The notes under the pieces were generated by a model. That model was not told where the DNA came from, made no database searches, and worked only from the letters and a program-made list of their open reading frames with translations. From the NCBI RefSeq assembly GCF_006345805.1, contig NC_043004.1, positions 96,782,001 through 96,846,000 of the forward strand: a DNA stretch of 64,000 nucleotides, in the 5' to 3' direction. Position 1 is the first letter of the stretch. Each line of letters opens with the position of its first letter. The DNA comes from Octopus sinensis. Lineage: Eukaryota. Shown here piece by piece: positions 55,438 through 64,000 of the stretch. Made by a program: the position numbers and the translations under genes.

Positions 55438-55850
55438 TATTTCTTTACTACCCACAAGGGGCTAAACATAGAGGAGACAAACAAGGACAGACAAAGGGAT
55501 TAAGTCGATTACATCGACCCCAGTGCGAAACTGGTACTTTATTTATCGATCCTAAAAGGATGAAAGGCAAAGTCCACCTCGGCGAAGTTTGAACTCAGAA
55601 CGTAACGACAGACGAAATACCTATTTCTATTTCTTTATTACCCACAAGGGGCTAAACACAGAGGGGACAAACAAGGACAGACAAAGGGATTAAGTCGATT
55701 ACATCGACCCCAGTGCAAAACTGGTACTTTATTTATCGATCCTGAAAGGATGAAAGGCAAAGCCCACTTCGGCGGAGTTTGAACTCAGAACGTAACGACA
55801 GACGAAATACCGCTAAGCATTTCGCCCGGCGCGCTAACGTTTCTGCCAGC
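55438..55850 (-). mobile_element. SINE family B tandem dimer
   Basis: Two units plus head. Confidence 0.88.
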
Positions 55851-55957
55851 GTGATTCGTTTACGATAGTTCTATCCATTCTATAATTAGCAAAGGAGCTT
55901 TTTTTTTTAAATGCAGTCTTACATTCTACTCTACCAAACTGTGTTCACACATTTGCC

Positions 55958-56562
55958 TGGCTGTGTGGTAAGAAGCTTGCTTTCCAACCACATAGTTCTG
56001 GGTTCTGAGAGGCACTTTGGGTAAATGCCTTCTACCATAACCGCGGGCCGACCAAAGCCTTTTGAGTGGATTTGATAGTCAGAAACTGAAAGAAGCCTGT
56101 CGTATAAATATGTGTGTGCGTTTGTGCCGGTGTTAGTCCCCCAACACCGCTATACAACCGGCGTTGGTGTGTTTATGTCACTGTAAATTAGCGCTTCGGC
56201 AAAAGAGACCGATAGAATAAGTACTAGGCTTACAAAGAATAAGACCTGGGGTAGATTTGTTCGACTAACACCCTTCAAGGCCAACCAAAGACTTGTGAGT
56301 GGATTTGGTAGATGGAAACTGAAAGAAGCTCGTCGTATATGCATGTATATATATGTTTGTATATCTGCGTTTGTCTCCCCACCACTATCACTTTACAATC
56401 GACGTTGGTGTGTTTACATCCCCGTAACTTAGCAGATTGGCAAAAGAGACGGATAGAATAAGTACTAGGCTTGCAAAGAATAAGTCCAAGGGTCGATTTG
56501 TTCGATTAAAGGCGGTGCTCCAGCATGGTCACAGTCAAATGATTGAAACGAATAAAAGAATA
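55958..56562 (+). mobile_element. Composite family A SINE with internally duplicated body
   Basis: GACCAAAG...GAATAAG segment occurs twice. Confidence 0.75.
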
Positions 56563-56567
56563 TCCAT

Positions 56568-56604
<37 letters not shown>

Positions 56605-56611
56605 ATATATA

Positions 56612-56701
<90 letters not shown>

Positions 56702-56704
<3 letters not shown>

Positions 56705-56809
56705 CGTAGGAGTGGCTGTGTGGTAAGTAACTCGCTTACCGACCAAAGCCTTGTGAGTGGATTTGGCAGACGGAAACTGAAAGAAGCCCGTCGTATATAT
56801 ATATATATT

Positions 56810-56861
<52 letters not shown>

Positions 56862-57071
56862 AGTGTGTGTATATGTTTGTGTGTCTCTTTGTTCCCCCAA
56901 CATCGCTTGACAACCGACGCTGGTGTGTTTACGTCCCCATAACTTAGCGGTTCGGCAAAAAATAAGTACTAGGCTTACAAAGAATAAGTCCTGGGGTCGA
57001 TTTGCTCGACTAAAGGCGGTGCTCCAGCATGGCCACAGTCAAATGACTGAAACCAGGAAAGAGTAAAAGAG

Positions 57072-57072
<1 letters not shown>
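56702..57072 (+). mobile_element. SINE family A copy with internal deletion
   Basis: Head joins directly to GACCAAAGCC. Confidence 0.85.
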
Positions 57073-57130
<58 letters not shown>

Positions 57131-57179
57131 TGTATGTATATATATATATGTATATATATGTATGTATATATGTGTGACC

Positions 57180-57212
<33 letters not shown>

Positions 57213-57989
57213 ACTTTAAATCTCTTTCATCTTCACTAGTTTATATTCAGAAACACTGTTTCGCACCTCGAGTGAGCGTCTATTATAACCTTAATCTACC
57301 TAATAACACCCTACTAGATCTTAATGATCGTAATCCCCAGTGATTAAAGAAAACTCAATAAAACTTACGCCATGGATTGTAAAACCCACGAATTTAAGAT
57401 TACTACAAATGCAATGCAGACATCACAGTTATTAATTTTCTAGATGCGTGCTAAAATCTGAATAACTCTCTTTATTACCTACAAATAAACTTTCAAGTAA
57501 AATTTGTTGAGTGTTTAACATTAATCAAAACTTTATTTTCAAAAGGTTTGACTATATTTTATAACACTTGTTAGAAAATTGACTAACGTTCTCTCATCAG
57601 CGTTAACTAATACTAAACTCTTAATCTATTACCCAAAAGGCAAACCAAATGGATGGAAACTTTAATTGCTTTCTCAGACAATCCATTTCCCCTAAAAATA
57701 TATGCAGCGTATATGAATTTTGTTTACAGAAACTGTGCGGAAACCTATTATGTGTACTCACACACACACACACACACACACATACAAGTATGTGTTTGTG
57801 CATAGGTTTCCTGTTCGTCCCCTACTGCTTGATAACCAGTGTTGGTTGTTTCCACCTTTATAACTTAGTAATTTGGCAAAACAGACTGATAGGGAAAATG
57901 CCAGACATGTACTAGGGTTGATTTCTCTGACTAAACCCTTTAAAGAGGTGCTACGGCATGGGTGTAATCCGCTGATTGAAACAAATAAA

Positions 57990-58410
57990 AATCGCCGTCT
58001 CAGTGGGAATATGATCAACATGTATAGTTATACGCATAGTCTGCACCTGACCAACCGTCCCCAATTCAACTATTTCCAAGGCAAAAATACAAGAGGACAC
58101 AGCCTGAAATTGGGAAGATCACAATGCAGGCTCAACATTAGAAGCTGCTTTTTCGTACAGCGTGTGACCCACCACCTGGAACAGTCTGCCAAACAGTGTA
58201 GTCGCAGCTCCATCAGTCAATGCCTTCAAGAACAGGCTTGACGCACACCGGAGGGAACCTGCAAAATTTGATCAAGTCTGTTACTATTAGCTACAACTGT
58301 CGAAGTGTTGTACCACACAAGACAAATTAATTGTACTAGTGGAAAAGGACCTGTGAACAAGCTCCTAGGAGCTTCAACACAGAAACCATGCAGTATCCAG
58401 GATCCAGTAA
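57990..58410 (+). mobile_element. CR1/L2-type LINE 3' end
   Basis: RRLSGNMINMYSY...TRGHSLKL...CRLNIRSCFFVQRV-WNSLPNSVVAAPSVNAFKNRLD. Confidence 0.88.
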
Positions 58411-58533
58411 TGTATCATTCATTGTAAATACTTTAGCCTTTCATCATTCTCTGCAACATTCTAAACTATTACTAAATCGTTTTTATAAATAACACCATTT
58501 CTGAAAAATAGATCCGGATATTATATTCATAAA

Positions 58534-59090
58534 AGCGGCGAGCTGGCAGAAACGTTAGAACGCCGGGCGAAATGCTTAGCGGTATTTCGTCTGCCGCTAC
58601 GTTCTGAGTTCAAATTCCGCCGAGGACGACTTTGCCTTTCATCCTTTCGGGGTCGATTAAATAAGTACCAGTTACACACTGGGGTCGATATAATCGACTT
58701 AAACCGTTTGTCTGTTTTCTCTGTGTTTAGCCCCTTGTGGGTAGTAAAGAAATAGGTATTTCGTCTGCCTTTGCGTTCTGAGTTCAAATTCTGCCGAGGT
58801 AAGCTTTGCCTTTCATCCTTTCGGGGTCGATGAATTACGTACCCGTTGAGAACTGGGGTCAATCTAATCGACTGCCCCCCACCCACACTCCCCCAAAATT
58901 TCGGGCCTTGTGCCTAGAATAGAAAAGAATCGTTAGCACACTGGGCCAAAATCCTTAGTAAAATGTCTTTTATATTCCGAGTTCAAATTTTGTCTTTTAT
59001 GCTTTGGAGGTCGATAATATAAATACTAGTTGAACACTTGATGTAACCGTATTGCCTCCTTCCACACAATTTCAGGCCTTGTAAGTATAG
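58534..59090 (+). mobile_element. SINE family B tandem array (three units)
   Basis: Repeated GAGTTCAAATT units; the third is diverged. Confidence 0.82.
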
Positions 59091-59772
59091 AAGGAGAAAA
59101 AAAACTATTACACACCCATATAAGAACACTCCTGCATATACACGCACACACACACATATATACCCACCCCAAACAGACTTTTTCATACCAGATAAGTGAA
59201 AACTCACTAATGTAACAGTCACTAAAAAGAACATGTAAAAATGAAAAATCTATATAAGTAAAGGTTTATGCTAAAGGATTTTGTTGATGGATTTTGAAAC
59301 TTGGGAATGTGCAACGACATATATAAATGTTCTCACCTACAAATAAACTTTGAGTTTCATGAAAGATTTGTTGAGTGTTTAACAATAATCAAAACTTTAT
59401 TTTCAAAAGGTTTGAGTATATTTCATAACACTTGTTAGAAAATTGACAAACGTTCTCTCATCAGCGTTAACTAATACTAAACTCTCAATTACTCTCCCAA
59501 ACGTACATTACATTACAAGACAAGTTGGTTAAGCTTAATTTTCTGGATTTCAATCTAGAAAATTATGCTTAACCAACTTGTCTTCTAGAATAAGTAAATA
59601 ATTTGTCCCATTTTGTGCTTTAATTTCTCGTTCTTTATCTCTTCTTTCTTTTTCTCCTTAGTTTCTCTTGACAGACTTGTATATATATATATTTCAAAAT
59701 GTGACCTCGTGTGTACCGTTGAGGATTTTTTTTCCTTCTGTCTTCCCTTCTCTGGATCTTTCCTTCTCCTAT

Positions 59773-59807
59773 GTTTCCGACGAAGAGCTCCGCTCGAAAC
59801 GTTAAAC
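59773..59807 (+). ncRNA. Minimal type I hammerhead motif (core U4>C) in a PLE terminal-repeat-like element (~59517-59910)
   Basis: guuu CCGACGA a gagc-ucc-gcuc GAAAC GUU aaac. Confidence 0.6.
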
Positions 59808-59922
59808 CCTCCTTCTTCCCTTCTTTCCTGAGTGTCCAATAATACTATATTTGTTCCACGTCCTCGTGCTGTTGTGTTTTTTTTTTGTGTTTTCTTGTTT
59901 GGGCTATCTTTATATATATATT

Positions 59923-59956
<34 letters not shown>

Positions 59957-60058
59957 ATTTATATATATATATATATATCTATATATATATATATATATAT
60001 ACATATATATATACATATACATATACATAAAGATACATACATATATATATATATATAA

Positions 60059-60088
<30 letters not shown>

Positions 60089-60089
<1 letters not shown>

Positions 60090-60335
60090 GAGGCGCGTGG
60101 CTTAGTGGTTAGGGTTTCAGCGTCATGATCGTAAGATTGTGGTTTCGATTCCTGAACCGGACGACGCGTTGTGTTCTTGAGCAAAACACTTCATTTCACG
60201 TTGCTCCAGTCCACTCAGCTGGCAAAAATGAGTAACGCTGCGATGAACTGGCATCCCGTCCAGCTGGGGAACACGTACGCTATTGAAACCGGGGAACCGG
60301 GTCCAAGAGCCTGGCTAGACTTTAAAAGGGCGCAT
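60089..60335 (+). mobile_element. tRNA-derived SINE with V-domain-like segment
   Basis: A box TGGCTTAGTGG, B box TTCGATTCC, CTGCGATGAACTGGCATCCCGTCCAG. Confidence 0.85.
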
Positions 60336-60603
60336 TTATTTATGATGAGTCAACAGAAATTGCCGAAACGGATGTCATTATTTAGAATTCTCGATCGGCA
60401 TTTTTTGAACGATTCAGATCCCCGTTAGTGTATATGCTTTCCTCCATGTGAGTTAACTACAGCATTAGAGGATTTTAGCTCGTATTTCTAGCAATGTGGG
60501 TCTTTCTTAACACCTAGTCAGATTTAGTGAGAATTATAATTCTCTCCTATTGGTGAAGACATTGCAGCCTACTTTTTATATTATATTACATTATATTTTG
60601 TGC

Positions 60604-60655
<52 letters not shown>

Positions 60656-60783
60656 ATATAATAATGATAATAATAAGGGTAAATAATTTTTTAGATGGTT
60701 TTTCAGACAACCAACAATTATTTACCGGTAGATTTCGGTATGTAAATATGACCTTTAGCGTCGGGAACTTCTGTGGAGTTCAG

Positions 60784-61136
60784 TATATATAGTATATAAG
60801 TAAAAGGGCAGGCAACAGGTTGCTCTGCCGCATACCGAAAGAATTAGAAATAGCAGTCAGAGACTGTTAATTTCCATTTTCTACAAGTGGGGGCTCCATA
60901 TACGACATAACCCTGCAATTCGCATACGCAAAATAGGAGGAGTAAATAAACGATAAGGCATTGTTTTCGTTTATTTACTCCTCCTATTTTGCGTATGTGA
61001 ATTACAGGGTTATGTCGTATATGGAGCCCCCACTTGTAGAAAATGGAAATTAACAGTCTCTGAATGCTATTTCTAATTCTTTCGGTATGCGGCAGAGCAA
61101 CCTGTTGCCTGCCCTTTTACTTATATACTATATATA
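60784..61136. repeat. Long inverted repeat, 170-bp arms, 13-nt spacer
   Basis: Arms 60784-60953 and 60967-61136; 3 mismatches counted. Confidence 0.95.
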
Positions 61137-61159
61137 TATATATACATACATATATATAT

Positions 61160-61203
<44 letters not shown>

Positions 61204-61471
61204 TTCAGTCAGCTCATAGTTCCTCCCTCGGTATTTAGTATAGAAGATAGGCAACAAACTAGAAATGCATCTACCTATCTTTCTATCCACGGAAAGTGTT
61301 TGAAACTGACAATGGTGTTCTTATGCCATTTTACCTGGTGTGAGAATTTTTCCACAATGAACTGCAGTGAAATAATCATTAGAAGCTGAAATATGTCTGA
61401 AAAATATTTGAATGGACCTAAAGCTTGTTTATTTCCCATCACTGCTTTGCACAACTACTTACACATGTGTA

Positions 61472-61541
<70 letters not shown>

Positions 61542-61574
61542 ATACATAGATATATATATGTATATATATGTATG

Positions 61575-61605
<31 letters not shown>

Positions 61606-61715
61606 TAAACAACGAAGCAATAAGGGTGATGAATTTTTATACTAATTAATAGTACATCCATTTAACACCTAGTGGCTTAGTGCATATAAGAAACCCGGAT
61701 TTTCATACATTTTCA

Positions 61716-61756
<41 letters not shown>

Positions 61757-61757
61757 G

Positions 61758-61827
<70 letters not shown>

Positions 61828-62372
61828 TGTGTGTGGTGTGTGTGTGTGTGGTTGTATATTAATTCTGTTAAGCATTTACATGGGAAAAGTCTTTTGGGTT
61901 GCAGAATGAAGGATAATATAAATAGCAAGATGCAATAAATATCTAATCAAAATATAATCCATTTGAAGCCATAAACATTTCCAACGACCATCTAACGATG
62001 ATGTGCCATCCCTATAAATTTCCTGCAATTTAATGCTTACAAAATGAGTAAAAGCAGCAATTAAGGCTTCCTTATAATTGAATATTTTGTTATAATTGAA
62101 TATTAGTTATGGATTCAAAGCTCAAAATACTTGTAAAGGTTATAACCTCTTGGCTAAATGTCAAGTGAATATGAGGGATGCAGTGAGAATTCGTGGTTCA
62201 ATTCTTCAAGTAAAGACTCTATTAGCTGAAGAGTGCTGTCTCTCGGAATGTTATTGAGCAATATTGGTCCATGCCCCTTGACAAATACAAAATCTTTCTG
62301 TAATTTTTTGATTATATGAGAGAGATATTATTATTTCTGCAATTTTGCAAAAATAAAAGAAAGGATAGAACA

Positions 62373-62777
62373 CTTACTCTTTACTCTTTTACTTGTTTCA
62401 GTCATTTGACTGTGGCCATGCTGGAGCACCGCCTTTAGTTGACCAAATCGACACCAGGACTTATTCTTTGTAAGCCTAGTACTTATTCTATCGGTCCCTT
62501 TTGCCGAACCACTAAGTTACGGGGATGTAAACACACCACCATCTGTTGGTAAGCGATGTTGGGGGGACAAACACAAACACATAAAATCACACACACATAT
62601 ATATACATATATACGATGGGCTTCTTTCAGTTTCCGTCTACCAAATCCACTCAGAAGGTTTTGGTCGGCCCGAGACTATAGTAGAAAACACTTGCCCATG
62701 GTGCCACGCATTGGGAACGAACCCTGAACCATGTGGTTGGTAAGCAAGCTATTTACCACACAGCCACTCCTGTGCCT
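62373..62777 (-). mobile_element. SINE family A copy
   Basis: Full-length match. Confidence 0.87.
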
Positions 62778-63454
62778 TTCCAAAGTTCACTAATCTGTAA
62801 CCATTAATTTTTTTGTTGTAATAATGATTCTGGTGAATGACTTAGCTTTGTATGCTTGTCTAGCCTGCTCCTTTTCCTCTTTCTCATTTCATAAACATTC
62901 CCGTTCCATCATAAGTCACAAGACATTTAAAAGATGAATCATTGTTTTCTCTAGCAATAAGCAGCAAACAAATCTAAGGTTGTTGCAATTTCCCAGTTTC
63001 ATCTAGCTCATAAGGGATCCAGTTTTTTAACTTTTTGTATTGTGTTGTGATGACATGATATAGTTGTTGTGCAAATTCTGAAAGTCCTCAGCGAGAGCTA
63101 GAACATTCGTTATTGAGCATTTAACATAAAGAACAAATTTCAGCCTCTCTCGTAGTTCATTATTAGGTTTATTCCTACAGCTATACTAAAAGAATTTGCA
63201 CTATCGTGGTATTCTCTCTAAATGTTGAATTGATGCTAACTGCAGCTTGACAAACATTATACTCGAATTAAAATTCAGAGTTGAAAATTAGTGCTAAGTT
63301 ACTGGGTGAGAGTACTGTTATTATAAGGAACCCAAAATCTTATAATAACTAGTATAGCTTCATTTAGATGAAATATAAAAAAATGCAAGTAGATTGGAGA
63401 TCAGTGAAAATGAGTATGCATAAAAACAAATGCTGTTTCATATTTAACAAACTA

Positions 63455-64000
63455 AAGAAATCTAACAATGAAATGGAAACAGATGTATGCTATAAGCCCT
63501 CGGAATCCAAGCAATATCTACCGTTCAACACATGCCACCCCATACGCACTAGAATGAATATCCCTTTCAACCTAGCAAAAAGGATTTTTACTATAGCTTC
63601 TAATACATGAACTAAAGGAGACACTCATTACCAGGTACTACCCACCATCACTAATTGATATAGGCTTTCAACATGCCCTACAACTCAACATCCACGAACT
63701 CAGGCATCCCAAATTAAAGAAGGATTTACAACCAAAAGCCCTACCATACATCTCTACACACAACCTTCTTGATAATGAAACCTTTGACATCATGCTCCAG
63801 AACATTCCTCTAATAAAAAGAGACCACAGAACGAATTTAATCCTCCATATGCACACCACCATAAAGAGCAAAAGACAGCCCAAATCTATGAAAAGTCTCC
63901 TAACACAAGTCCAAATACACTCGACAACACTGAAGCCATCATTAAAAAAGTGTGGAAGACCTAACTGCGGTATATGTGTCAACCTAATTGAGGAATCAGA
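63455..64000 (+). mobile_element. Penelope-like element RT C-terminus and linker toward GIY-YIG, runs off the window
   Basis: METDVCYKPSESKQYLPFNTCHPIRTRMNIPFNLAKRIFTI; LPYISTHN; KSKRQPKSMKSLLT; KKCGRPNCGIC. Confidence 0.88.

Noticed and set aside
59345-59470. Minus-strand CTGATGA...GAAACTCAAAGTT as a hammerhead
   Set aside because: No stem I complementarity and no convincing stem II
60089-60165. tRNA gene (also 5370-5446 and 34430-34500)
   Set aside because: A/B boxes are present but there is no proper acceptor stem, and each continues into a SINE body
60705-60775. Minus-strand CCGACGC...GAAA with palindromic TACCGGTA as a hammerhead
   Set aside because: Two core mismatches and weak stem I; too degenerate to call
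62222-62290. TTAGCTGAAGAGTGCT resembling the start of the 33.3 kb hammerhead
   Set aside because: No downstream stem II partner with GAAA

Overview
AT-rich eukaryotic, repeat-dominated DNA with no intact protein-coding gene that I can support. Nearly all ORF-track entries are microsatellite or SINE read-throughs. The repeat families and microsatellite load resemble an octopus/cephalopod genome (inference from recalled SINE families, not tested). Contents: many copies of several tRNA-derived SINE families, 5'-truncated RTE LINE ends with (GAT)n tails, CR1 and L1/Tx1 fragments, Penelope-like (PLE) RT remnants, two mariner relics, hAT, piggyBac-type and mariner MITEs, long TA/TCTA tracts, a diverged ~0.93 kb duplication and a near-identical triplication. 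Most notable are several minimal type-I hammerhead ribozyme motifs, one inside a tRNA-headed SINE, and a recurring fold-back inverted duplication at the 5' junction of truncated retroelements. There is also a possible heavily decayed LRR/Toll-like pseudogene at 20.6-23.2 kb. Family labels A, B and C are my own, and most repeat boundaries are approximate.
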